DNA of 64,000 nucleotides from positions 540,951 through 604,950 of the forward strand of contig NW_018408148.1 in the NCBI RefSeq assembly GCF_002113885.1. The letters are read 5' to 3'. The notes under the pieces were generated by a model. It saw nothing but the letters and a program-made list of their open reading frames with translations. It was not told the DNA's origin and ran no database searches. Source of the DNA: Mizuhopecten yessoensis. Lineage: Eukaryota. Shown here piece after piece: positions 13,001 to 24,472 of this stretch (within the stretch, counting starts at the first letter, position 1; each line of letters starts with the position of its first letter). Made by a program: the position numbers and the translations under genes.

Positions 13001-16000
13001 TTCACATTACCTAGGGCTCTTCATCATAATTATAACCTTTGACCTTTATACATATATATATAAAACAGTGATCACCATAAGACAGTGCTGTGTGTTCTTT
13101 CTCAGGTCAGGGTCAAAGGTCACTGTTAACATTAATAATAAGGTAAAAAATAAAATGATTTCATTCTGTCTTAGTGTCAAACTTCAAATCTTGATTTAAT
13201 TTAGTATATGAAACTTCAAAGAAATAAGCATGAATATCACCACTCTATGGTTTATTTTGTCCCAGCTTTATCCTTCTTTATTACTCTAACCTTTTGCGTG
13301 ATACGAAAATTTAAAAATTGCTTACTTAGTGGTACACATTTACCTTTGTACCTATTCCCTTTACAGAAATAGTACACATTTACCTTTGGTATCTATTTAC
13401 TTTACAGAAATAGTACACATTTACCTTGGTATCTGTTTTCTTTACAGAAATAGTACACATTTACCTTGGAATCTGTTTCCTTTACACAAATAGTACACAT
13501 TTACCTTGGGATCTGTTTCCTTTACAGAAATAGGACACATTTACCTTGGTATCTGTGGCCTTTACAGAAATAGTACACATTTGCCTTGGTATCTGTTTCC
13601 TTTACACAGAGATGACACATTTACCTTGGTATCTGCTTCCTTTACAGAAATAGTACACATTTTCCTTGGTATCTGTTTCCTTTACACAGAGATGACACAT
13701 TTACCTTGGTATCTGGTTCCTTTACAGAAATAGTACACATTTGCCTTGGTATCTGTTTCTTTTACAGAAATAGTACACATTTCCCTTTGTACCTATTCCC
13801 TTTAAAGAAATAGTACACATTTACCTTAGTATCTGTTTCCTGTACAGAAATAGTACTCATTTACCTTGTTATCTGTTTCCTTTACAGAAAAAGTACACAT
13901 TTACCTTGGTATCTGCTTCATTTACAGAAATAGTACACATTTGCCTTGGTATCTGTTTCCTTTACAGAAAAAGTACACATTTACCTTGGTATCTGGTTCC
14001 TTTACAGAAATAGTACATAATTACCTTGGTATCTGTTTCCTTTACAGAAATAGTACACATTTTCCTTGGTATCTGTTTCCTTTACACAGAGATGACACAT
14101 TTACCTTGGTATCTGTATCCTTTACAGAAATAGTACACATTTCCCTTTGTACCTATTCCCTTTAAAGAAATAGTACACATTTACCTTTGTACTTATTCTC
14201 TTTACAGAAATAGTACACATTTGCCTTGGTATCTGTTTCCTTTACACAAATAGGACACATGGACCTTGGTATCTGTGACCTTTACAGGAATAGTACACAT
14301 TTACCTTGGGATCTGTTTCCTTTACAGAAATAGTACTCATTTACCTTGATATCTGTTTCCTTTACAGCATTAGTACACATTTACCTTGATATCTGTTTCT
14401 TTTACAGAAATAGTACACATTTAGCTTGGTATCTGTTTACTTTACAGAAATAATACACATTTTCCTTGGTATCTGTTTCCTTTACATAAATAGTACACAT
14501 TTTCCTTGATATCTGTTTCCTTTACAGCATTAGTACACATTTACCTTGATATCTGTTTCCTTTACACAAATAGGACACATGGACCTTGGTATCTGTGACC
14601 TTTACAGGAATAGTACACATTTACCTTGGTATCTGGTTCCTTTACAGAAATAGTACATATTTACCTTGGCCTTGGTATCTGTTTCCTTTACACAAATAGT
14701 ACACATTTACCTTTGGTATCTATTTACTTTACAGAAATAGTACACATTTTCCTTGGTATCTGTTTCCTTTACAGAAATAGGACACATTTACCTTGGTATC
14801 TGTATCCTTTACAGAAATAGTACACATTTCCCTTTGTACCTATTCCCTTTACAGAAATAGTACACATTTAGCTTGGTATCTGTTTACTTTACAGAAATAA
14901 TACACATTTTCCTTGGTATCTGTTTCCTTTACAGAAAAAGTACACATTTACCTTGGTATCTGTGGCCTTTACAGAAATAGTACACATTTCCCTTTGTACC
15001 TATTCCCTTTAAAGAAATAGTACACATTTACCTTAGTATCTGTTTCCTGTACAGAAATAGTACTCATTTACCTTGTTATCTGTTTCCTTTACAGAAATAG
15101 AACACATTTACCTTGGTATCTGCTTCATTTACAGAAATAGTTCACATTTACTTTGGCCTCTGCTTCATTTACAGAAATAGTACACATTTGCCTTGGTATC
15201 TGTTTCTTTTACAGAAATAGTACACATTTGCCTTGGTATCTGTTTCCTTTACAGTAATAGTACACATTTACCTTGGGATCTGTTTCCTTTACAGAAATAG
15301 GACACATTTACCTTGGAATCTGTTTCCTTTACACAAATAGGACACATGGACCTTGGTATCTGTGACCTTTACAGAAATAGTACACATTTACCTTGGTATC
15401 TGTTTTTGTGAGGCCTGCAACGCGAGGCGACATATAGGTATTGCTTTGTCAGCGTTGTCATCATCGGCGTTGTCCGAAGTTTCCTTGGGTTGATTGAGCT
15501 CAAACTTGGTACACATATTGCATACCAATATAGCTTGGACAACTTTGCATTTCAGAAATTTAGGTGCATTTTTGGTGGAGTAATGTCCCTTTTATTGCCC
15601 AATCAGGGCATTGTGTAGTAAATGCAAGCACTTTTATATTTTTAATCAATTCCTTTCAAATTTTGTACACTAATGCTAGAAGCAATAATGTTCAACATTT
15701 ATTATGGGGGGTTTCTGTCGGGTTTCAACTTTCCACGTTTCAGCATATCTGTTTACGCGATAACTTAAGCCAAAATACTTTTCTTACTAAAAGCGCTGAG
15801 CAGATGACACATCCACTCCCGTGGAATTCTTGTGTTTTTTTACAGAAATAGAACTCATTTGCTTTGGTTTCTGTTTCCTTTCTAGCTGCTCAGGCAGAGG
15901 GATGGGATGCTGATGTCCACACTCGGTTCATCACACCAAAGAAGCCAGGTAATTAAGGCACCTTTATACTTTAAAAGATACTCTATTTAATTTTTTGAGC

Positions 16001-17238
16001 TGTTCATTTGTGAACCATCACTTAAATAAGTTTCCAAATGGAAATGATTTTGCTTTGAAAGACATTTAGGACTACTCCTCTTCTTAATGCATTCATTCTT
16101 GTTTTACATTTAAAACATGCCAAGCAATATTCATTAAATTGTATTTTGTTTGGCGGAACTGGGCAGGGTCGATTGTTGGCGACCAGGTAGTTCAATTGGT
16201 AGAGCGTCCGTCTAGAGTTTGGAGGGTCCCGGGTTCGAACCCCGGTCTGGTCATTACATTTTCTCTTTCTCCTGTTACATTTGTATTGTGTAATGCAGTA
16301 TTTTTTCTTGAGAGCATTAAAGTTGTGTTCAGTTAATGTTATCACATAGTGTTTTTGGGGTAGTCCTTGAAAAATTTCCTCATCATGAGCATGTGGATAA
16401 AATTTAGAGGCCACCGCAGGTGAAATTCAGATTTTATCCATGTGCAAACAATGAGAAAATTGATTGAGCGACAAACCCTGAAAATACTGTGTGATCAATT
16501 GTTTATCATCTATATTAAACTACCTAATATATATCACCAATCATAAAAGTTCAACTACATATCATATCTACTAACCAATTTCAAGTGATTGTTGAGATCC
16601 ATGGTTTTGCACAGGGGAATACCATCAAGTGTAGAACTAGGAAAAACCATATTAAAAAAAAACAATATCCTTGTCATGAGATGCTCACTATGCATATTTT
16701 GTCTTAAAATGGAGTTGTTTTTCTCAAAATAGTTTTCCTGATTTTCTAACGATTTGTTTGTGAGGGACTATTGCCTTATGTGGAGCTCTTTGACATGGAC
16801 ACTTTGTCTTGGTCATGATATCACCGAGGCCACTTTCGTTTATCAGATTCAACCAGATTTGTATGTTTTTAAATGTAACATTTTCGGGTATAAATCCTTG
16901 CCGATTAGCAAATGTTTCTGCAGGCCTTGCAAGGCTCTGTCAAGGATCGCCTGCCTGAAAGCAGCATCAGATATCTAGGTCCAACCTTATTTCATAAACG
17001 AACAAGTCTAGTCCAAACGTTTAGATTGCGATAAATGAACGTGGCCGACATTCTATTTTGAGGTAAAATGGGAATATCCATTCTTAAGTTAAGTCTCATT
17101 TTCAATGTTTTTAAAACCCAGAGCCTCTGTGATTGTATCTATGTTTATATTACAGTAGGCGTCAAACCTGATCCGGAGTTCAAGAGTGACCAACAGCTGT
17201 CTATACTGACCGACTACGTGTCGTTCCTGGAGAGTTGA
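7023..17238 (+). CDS. COPS8: COP9 signalosome subunit 8 (CSN8), 190 aa; join(7023..7091,9199..9269,9803..9851,10543..10672,12397..12504,15886..15948,17156..17238)
   Basis: All introns are GT-AG and phases are consistent (573 nt in total). The translation [58 protein letters not shown]...[13 protein letters not shown]...[15 protein letters not shown]...EGW...[15 protein letters not shown] matches CSN8 family motifs. Confidence 0.95.
7771..7929 (+). mobile_element. Solo LTR of a second tRNA-containing family (tRNA-Thr(AGT)-like core); partial copy at about 8010-8083
   Basis: TGTAAC...GTTACA termini, TSD TACA on both sides, A box TAGCTCGATCGG, loop CTAGTAA, B box GGTTCGATCCC. Confidence 0.7.
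9860..10237 (+). mobile_element. Complete TRIM-like miniature LTR retroelement with tRNA-derived LTRs
   Basis: Two 128-bp direct repeats (9860-9987, 10110-10237; about 10 mismatches), TGTA...TTACA termini, 122-bp internal domain, purine tract AGAAAAAGGAA before LTR2, TSD GTAG (9856-9859 / 10238-10241). Confidence 0.85.
11249..11438. mobile_element. Near-perfect palindromic MITE (about 190 bp)
   Basis: TATTCCGTCTTT...TTGCAGAGTTATCT / AGATAACTCTGCAA...AAAGACGGAATA arms pair along the whole length. Confidence 0.75.
11737..11827. mobile_element. About 90-bp TTAA-flanked MITE; further copies near 31698-31786, 41102-41192, 42087-42177, 44557-44634 and a related one at 26395-26484
   Basis: Family consensus TTAACTCATTCACCCCTGAA...TTCAGGGGTGAATGAGTTAA inverted termini with a shared internal sequence. 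Confidence 0.8.
13332..15405 (+). repeat. 40-bp tandem satellite, about 50 copies, in COPS8 intron 5
   Basis: Unit AAATAGTACACATTTACCTTGGTATCTGTTTCCTTTACAG. Confidence 0.97.
15404..15832 (+). mobile_element. HINE-like insertion near the end of the 40-bp satellite
   Basis: Inserted in a T-run, GCGTTGTC microrepeat at the 5' end, terminal CCACTCCCGTGG palindrome plus TCTTG. The satellite resumes afterwards. Confidence 0.55.
16149..16279 (+). mobile_element. Solo LTR of the same tRNA-LTR family; contains a 73-nt cloverleaf at 16181-16253
   Basis: Homologous to 9860-9987, ends TGTTACA, flanked by TSD TTTG (16145-16148 / 16280-16283). Confidence 0.8.
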
Positions 17239-19679
17239 GACTGGTAGGTACTGGTAATTATATAAGTGAACAGAAGCTAGACTTGACAATTATTTCTCAT
17301 TCTTAGATAGTTAGACAGGTAGTCAGGGGTAAATGTCGGATTAGAAAGTTAGAATCCTTTTTTGAAATAGGGGAAAATATGCGCTGTAGGCACATTACCC
17401 ACTGGTGGAAAGGTTGGCTGCATGCGGGAGCCAGGAGGAGGTACAAGAGGGGGGGCATGGATGACATCTATAAGTTCTGTTTCTAACTGTTCATTATATA
17501 ATTAGAGACCCTTTGAAGTGACCACTGGATACGCATTAGTATAAAGCGTTTGTGTGACTTATAATGTTAGTAATGGTAAACAAGGCCAGTTGTAAACATT
17601 GTCGTAAAATATCGGCAATGAACACAGGGAAAATGAAATAAATAACTCTGTCATCAAACTGACGGAAAATAAAACAAAATAGAACCAAGACAGAGGGGAT
17701 TTTTGTTTACTACATTATGGGGAAAATGATGCCGAAACTGGAGAGGGAAATTGACCCATATTCTGTCATCAAAAGGCCTATATATATATATTTATAAAAG
17801 CAGAAAAATTATCCTTACGGACAAAGAAATATAATAAAAAGAAAAATTATCAACAACGTGTCTTAAGTACTTTCATCTCTTCTAGAAGATTCTTCAGACT
17901 GTTTATTTGAAGTATATGTGTGTGTGACGTCATACCGCTATAGCGACGTCTGCTATATACGTACCTGCCATAGCGATATCACAGCAATAGAAATTTATCT
18001 CAGCCCACAGTAGGGTTTTCCTTTCTCTTTTTACTTGGTATATTAAGGTATCATTATCATCAACACAGATTTTCTGAATAAATTATTTTGAAAAATTGAA
18101 ACAATTTACAGTTTTCTGTTTGAGGTTCATTGGAACTGATTTATAAAAAGTTTTGGCCTGTTTATGGGTAAAATCAAATCATGGTCTACCTGGTAAATTA
18201 TAAAATGTAACTCCGGATTGTTTGAGGATAAATTACATATATTGAACTCTTTACCCTATATTTACTTAAGAAACTGTCTGTGTATGGTTGTATTGAAACA
18301 AAATAAATAAGACTGAAATTGGTTGACATTTTTCATTGCTTCTACCTTGTATGTCAGAAGAAAAAAAAAATATTTCATAGAAATTTACTTTTTTTTTCTC
18401 CACAATATTTAATTTCTTGGCACATAATTATAATATATTTGCACATTGTCCTTTTCTGTAGTTGAATTTTTAAGAGCCATATAAAGGAGCGTATAGTTCC
18501 CTTAGATGTGGCCTTGAGGCTGAAATTTAAGAAATGAAATTACAAATGCTATACAAAATCATATTTATTTCTAAAATCCTTTTTTCTTTTCCGATTCAAA
18601 GGAAGGGGTTGAGGAGACACCTGCTTGCTTCATAGAGGTGTGACCTTCCATGGCGTCTTGTACACAGCAGTGCTTCACCACGTATCTGGAATGCATCAAA
18701 CATCACTGTGGACATATGTACAGGACTTAGAAAAACTCAGTCACATTAATATGAAGCTTGTATTATATTTAATGTAAATTTTGCATTTACGAGAAGAAAA
18801 GTTCACTCCGTGATGAAAATTGCACTTAGACTAAATGTCTAAATATATATGTAGCTTTACTTTGCTAGATACGTTTACTATTGAATTGAATTTGTAGATT
18901 CCATGTATTGTTAAATTGCAAAAATAAAACTGCCACTTAAATCGATTTGTGAAGAGCCAGATACATGGACTTCTTTGTACAGTACACTGATATTGATAAA
19001 AAGTCATGGAAATTGACTGCAGGGTTTTATATCACAAAATCTGTTTCACAGATATTGTGATTTCCAAAATGAATTCAGTGAAAGAGTACTAGTATTTATG
19101 TAGTGCAGACTTTTCAAGATTTTCTATGATGTCGAACGTGGAATCATTTCTCCAATGAACGCAGTATTTAGATATACGGTATATGGATGGACCGGCGTGC
19201 AAGATTTGTGTAACTTAAACTATGTGAATGTAAACAAAATAAATATAAAAACATTTTTTTTATGTATTAGATGTATTTTGTTATATATTTTGTTTCTGTG
19301 AACAGAGTGGAAATAGGTGGGAACAACCTTTCAATTCCTCTTATTTAAGAGAATTCAAACCAACACTCAAATTCAAGTTTTACTTTTAATGAAACTTTAA
19401 AGCTTACATATTCGAGCAATGTTAAACAAACAGTGAAAAGCAGAGTGATCTAGCCTTTAGCAAATATGCAACGTCTGATAATATAAGTAGATGCTTGGAA
19501 ACAACTTTTGGAATCATAAAACTGTAAAGTTGCAATAAAATGCTTGACGACTATCCTCCGTTGATCCTGATAGCTTACAATTACGGTAGAGTTTTGACTG
19601 ATCGTTGATTGTATTAAGGAGTTTTGTGTTATCATCGTAGCAATATGAAGGTGCCGACACGAGTGTAATAGTACAGGAG

Positions 19680-21263
19680 TCACGCACTGTTGTACTGTAG
19701 TAGTTTAACATTACACCCACCAAACACTGCCCACAGGACATCCTCCCTGTCTACACCTACATCACATGTCCAGATTGTGTCCGTGTGTATGATCCTGAGG
19801 AACTCACCACGTCCACTGATGAGTAGGACTCTGTTGTTGTTACAGTCCGCTATGATAATGTTCCCCACACTGTCATACACCACACCCCGGGGGTTAAATG
19901 GTTGAGCTCCTTTCTGTGATGATTGTTTATATGTACTGGGTATGTCACCTCTGTATACAAACAGTTCCTTTAAATCAGTGTCCATAACAATAACATGTGG
20001 TATCCCATCACCACCACCTCTCTTATAATTACAATCAACCACTGCGACAGTGTGAGTGACAGGACACTCTGAAATCCACCGTGGTGAACACACTAATGGC
20101 TTCCAAGTCCCTGTAGAACTTGTAGTGAGTACCATTTGACCTTGTGTGGTAAATTTGGAGATGTGTTCGGTCATCCCAACAATGACATGGTTACTGGCAG
20201 TAACACAGATACACATGGGTCTCTCCTTGGTGCTGAATCTGTTTGTTAGTCGTCCTGATACCAGCTCCGTGATGTTGTGTTCTGCGTCACAGACCCACAG
20301 TGTGTGTGTTGTTGGTGACAGACTTATGCTGTTGATGTTAGCTTTTTGTTTAACCTGCTGTATTACTCTCCCGTTCCTGTCCAGGAGAGTTAATGTGTTA
20401 CTGTTAAAACTGGTCCACACCTGACCATCAGTGGTGGGGCATATAGAAGTAATACCAACAGGAGACTCCCACTCCTCCAACACTTTGGTCTGTAGCAGTT
20501 GTTTGTACATAGTCACTGCCTTCTTTCCTTTTGGTTCTGACTGTTGTGATGTAGAGGACGGTTTCTGACCACCAAATGGTGTAACAGAAGTATAGTCCTG
20601 GTCAACTGAAGCTTGACCTTCACGTGATATGTCAATTGTCCCTAAGGCCAGTTCTAGGTGATGCTTAGGATTTTTGTTTGGAGTGAAGCTGGCAGTACCC
20701 AGGACAGGTTTTACAGGGAGATTTGTTTTGATACTGCATCCTGCATCGTAGATTTCTATGTTAGAGCCACGCTGAAGTGCTGACTTGCATTCCTGTACTC
20801 GTTGTCCGAGTTGCTTGTTGCACATTTCCAGGTCCTGTTTGTATGTTTGTTTCAGCTTGGCATTATCCTCCTCCATTTTCTGATAAAGAGAGAGTGTCTG
20901 TGTTGTAAGTAAGTCGAGGTCTTGTTTCAACTGATCCGTTTGCGTTTTCAACTTGTGTGATAGATTCTCAAAATTGCTGGTGTTGTCTTTAAGAAGTGTA
21001 TCAGTAGATGTGATATATTCCCGAAGTTGTACCAGGTCATTTTTTTCGGTCCTTTCAATAAAGTTTTGAATGTCTTGTTTCTTCTGAGAGGTAATTTCGT
21101 TGAGTTCACAAACATCATGACCTTTGTGAATCGTCGACAAACATTTGAGGCAAACAAGTGTGTCGCACTTTTCACAGTAAAGTTCTAGTTGTCTACCCTT
21201 GTGCTCGATACAGCGTGTCTGACCTTTCTTACGGAAAGGAATTTGACCTATGGGTATCGCCAT
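19680..21263 (-). CDS. RING-less TRIM-like protein: B-box type 2, coiled coil, C-terminal NHL-like beta-propeller (527 aa, single coding exon)
   Basis: Uninterrupted 527-aa ORF. B-box CIEHKGRQLELYCEKCDTLVCLKCLSTIHKGH, heptad-rich middle, NHL-like motifs such as FNPRGVVYDSVGNIIIADCNNNRV. A pyrimidine-rich acceptor (TTTTCTTCTCCAG on the - strand, near 21350) suggests a 5'UTR intron. Confidence 0.9.
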   Translation of the reverse strand: MAIPIGQIPFRKKGQTRCIEHKGRQLELYCEKCDTLVCLKCLSTIHKGHDVCELNEITSQKKQDIQNFIERTEKNDLVQLREYITSTDTLLKDNTSNFENLSHKLKTQTDQLKQDLDLLTTQTLSLYQKMEEDNAKLKQTYKQDLEMCNKQLGQRVQECKSALQRGSNIEIYDAGCSIKTNLPVKPVLGTASFTPNKNPKHHLELALGTIDISREGQASVDQDYTSVTPFGGQKPSSTSQQSEPKGKKAVTMYKQLLQTKVLEEWESPVGITSICPTTDGQVWTSFNSNTLTLLDRNGRVIQQVKQKANINSISLSPTTHTLWVCDAEHNITELVSGRLTNRFSTKERPMCICVTASNHVIVGMTEHISKFTTQGQMVLTTSSTGTWKPLVCSPRWISECPVTHTVAVVDCNYKRGGGDGIPHVIVMDTDLKELFVYRGDIPSTYKQSSQKGAQPFNPRGVVYDSVGNIIIADCNNNRVLLISGRGEFLRIIHTDTIWTCDVGVDREDVLWAVFGGCNVKLLQYNSA

Positions 21264-21981
21264 GTTAATGAATTAAATGAAGCATGGGTGATCCCAAACA
21301 ATTTGCCGTTTATTAGTATACTGCTTACTTGAATATATTAGAGATTGTTCTGGAGAAGAAAATTCTGATCTTACACCGAGTTTTACATTAAGCAATCCAA
21401 ACGATAGTTACCTAATAGGGCCTAATCACTGATTTAGGCACCAAGACAACGAATCAAATTTTTCCGTTTCCAAACCTCAGAATATCGACGTCAAGAAGAT
21501 GATCAGCATTGTAATACCCTGCCAGATTAATGTTCCTCTTTTGTTGATACAAGATTTGAATCGGAGATTTCCATTCCAAGCCTCAGAATGTACATGTATT
21601 GTCATCGTCTATATCCACAGAATTAAAACCACAGCTTGGTAAAACAAATTCTCTGCTCATGTTGTAAAATCTCCTGGTTTCTGGTTGTCGATGGAGTAAT
21701 TAGTTTTTTAATCGAAGAAAATACATTCGTTCACTGTCTAGGTGTCATTGTTAATACAAAGTCCAAACTGGATACACCTACCCGGTCAGTATATAGTCGA
21801 GATGATATTACTTCCTTGTTGTGCGAGGATGCCGACAGGCGTGCAGAGAATAGAATTAGGGTAGATTGTACAGAAGGTCATTGTAGGTCGTGTTTACAGA
21901 CCGTGGTATTTATATACCACAGTTCACCTCAGTGTCCGATATAGTTATATGTATATATTAGCATAGGTAACAAGACAAACC

Positions 21982-22660
21982 TATGGCAAGCCAGTTTAGC
22001 ATTTCCTAATGTCCACAGTCATTTCGAAACTATTTTAGAGTTAAATCACGGACTTAGATAATCTAATTCCGTGGTTAAATGAAATAGAAACATATTGAAA
22101 TACATAACATGTCTTCAAATGTAATAGATTATATGTATTTCAGATATGTTATTTAATAGCAATATCTTGATATGAAATATCGATATCTCTAAATAAGATA
22201 TGCTTTTGAATAAGAAATAAATATTTCATTAAAATATAACCTGAACATAAAATCTGTAATAGATATACATATTTTAATAGAACAATGATATATCTGTATG
22301 AATTAAAGATATCTCAATATATCAATGAATTAAAGATAGCAAAGTTAATTAAAATATATGTAAATTCAATAACGATATCATTATAAATTGAAAATATCTT
22401 ATAATATATTAAAGTTATATACATGAATTAAATATATACTTTAAATGCCTTAAAAATTATATATAAATACCTTTCAGTGTATTAGACATATATCCTATAA
22501 TTAGGATAGCTGTTTATTTTTTAGATGTATCTGTTATGAATAAGATATATCATAAATTAACATGCAAATCTCAATACGCTTATGCGATATCTCCTAAAGT
22601 TCATTTTAGTACAATTATTTTATTAGGTACACGAGTAACATTTAAAGTTGGCTTGTCATA
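21982..22660. mobile_element. AT-rich MITE with degenerate AGATATCT subrepeats
   Basis: TIR-like TATGGCAAGCCAG / TTGGCTTGTCATA. Confidence 0.55.
22047..22073. mobile_element. 27-bp palindromic micro-element with a 7-bp TSD; second copy at 58598-58624
   Basis: CACGGACTTAGATAATCTAATTCCGTG flanked by GTTAAAT on both sides. Confidence 0.65.
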
Positions 22661-23676
22661 AAAACCCTACCTGTGTAGGAAACACCTGCATGTTATGCAT
22701 GTTAATGCCTATTCAGGTCACAAAGTACTTTACTACGTACTTTTGTATAGGAAAAAACAATGTTTCTAAACATATTAGCGTAGTATAGTTTTTAAGGTGT
22801 GGTAGAGTGTGGATAGTACGTTGTTTTTCGTGTCTAACGTTATATATACGCGATTTTTTTTACACATCGTCAGTTTTCGGTCCCGGTTCATAAGTTCATA
22901 AGTTTATTGGCCTTTAGCCTTTCGGCTAATCAGCATAACCATTACAACACATTTTACAAAATTGAGTGAGTGATACACAGCAATACAGACATACTTTACT
23001 ATATCCTAAGGTAAAAACGCATGTAAAATACAGTTATACGTTGTTGAAATTTACTTTAATACTTTCAACAACATTTTTTCTTCCAACCCTGGGGACAAAA
23101 GGAAACGCACCGGTACATCATACTACCTGTACGTGTTAGTTGGATGATCGTTTACAAATGTCATTTGGCCATGACATTCCCTATATTGTGAAAGATGAGT
23201 CTCATTTCCTTTGTGACTGTCCTGTACATATAGTGATATCAGATATGACCTATTCAAAAACGCATTGAACTCCTTTAGTTATTTTAATCAGGGACAGTAT
23301 ATACGTCCCTGTTTTAATGAACTTACTTCAACTGAAAATTGTTTCATTTATTGCAGGATAATGCGCTTCAATTTTCACTTTCTCAAACAATTCATTTTAT
23401 GATGAGACGGAGGCGGTCGCTTTTGAATGCGGAAATATTCAATTGTAAATTATAATGTATCGCAATATTGACTAACTGTAATGAGATGAAAGATATGTGA
23501 TTCTACTATTTTATCAGTTTTTTTACATGTAATACTCTATGGGGATATTTTATAGGCATACTACAAATAGTTATAATTGTCTCATAAGCCGATATCGGCT
23601 GGGCATCTGATTGTTTGTGAATTTAATGATGCGTGACACTATAATAAAATATTGATTGATTGGTAACACCTCTGAG

Positions 23677-23749
23677 TAGTCCGAATTATTCTGACGTTTT
23701 ATCGACTTGTAAAAAAAAAGTCGATAAAAAGTCCGAATATTTCGGACTA
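23677..23749. mobile_element. 73-bp hairpin MITE with a 9-bp TSD
   Basis: TAGTCCGAA...TTCGGACTA, flanks ACCTCTGAG / ACTTCTGAG. Confidence 0.7.
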
Positions 23750-24225
23750 ACTTCTGAGGTAATCAGTTCTCCTGTGAATGCACAGGTAGGTATTTTTTTG
23801 GCTATAGTATTAAGTGGTAAGAACTACAGGTAATTAAAATGCCTTTTAATTCACAGGTAAGATATTTAGGCGAGTAAACTGTGTATTACTATCCCTCAGC
23901 TAAAAGTTAGTGTACATTGGATGTCGTTGATGTACACACGGAATTAGATTTCCGTGATTCACGCTTGAATTTATAACTTTTTTTTCCGGAGAATTAATGT
24001 CTCGTGGTCAACTAGAGAGTGATCAGCTCATAGCTATACAAAACAGAAAACCATTTCTTAAATCAACATTATTCTTTTGTGAATGTTTCATTACCGTTTT
24101 ATTCATTAGTCAGACTAAGGGACAAACATTTCATTTTAAAAACGCACTAAAAGTAACAGCCTGAAACTTGCATAGGCCTTGGTTAACTCCGCCCATATCT
24201 ACTGTTGATGAAATCACAGGGTTGT

Positions 24226-24369
24226 GAGTTGGTATCAGGACAACTAGCACACAGATTCAGCACCAAGGAGACACTCAGGTGTATCTGTGTTACTGCCTGT
24301 AACCATGTCATTGTGGGGATGACCAAACACATCTCAAAATTTACCACACAAGGTCAAATGGTGCTATAA
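24226..24369 (+). pseudogene. Inverted fragment of a paralogue of the adjacent B-box/NHL gene
   Basis: Translates ELVSGQLAHRFSTKETLRCICVTACNHVIVGMTKHISKFTTQGQMVL*, versus ELVSGRLTNRFSTKERPMCICVTASNHVIVGMTEHISKFTTQGQMVL encoded at 20127-20267 (-). Confidence 0.9.
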
Positions 24370-24472
24370 GCTGTTCACTCTCCAGTTGACCATGAGTAAA
24401 TTAAATAGACAACACACCCATCAAAGTGATCTATGATTTTACTCTCCAGTTGACCATGAGTAAATTGAATAG

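Noticed and set aside
13332-15405. CRISPR-like array or repeat-protein ORFs (13506-14820)
   Set aside because: Head-to-tail 40-bp satellite with no unique spacers, in a eukaryotic intron. The ORFs are by-products of the repeat.
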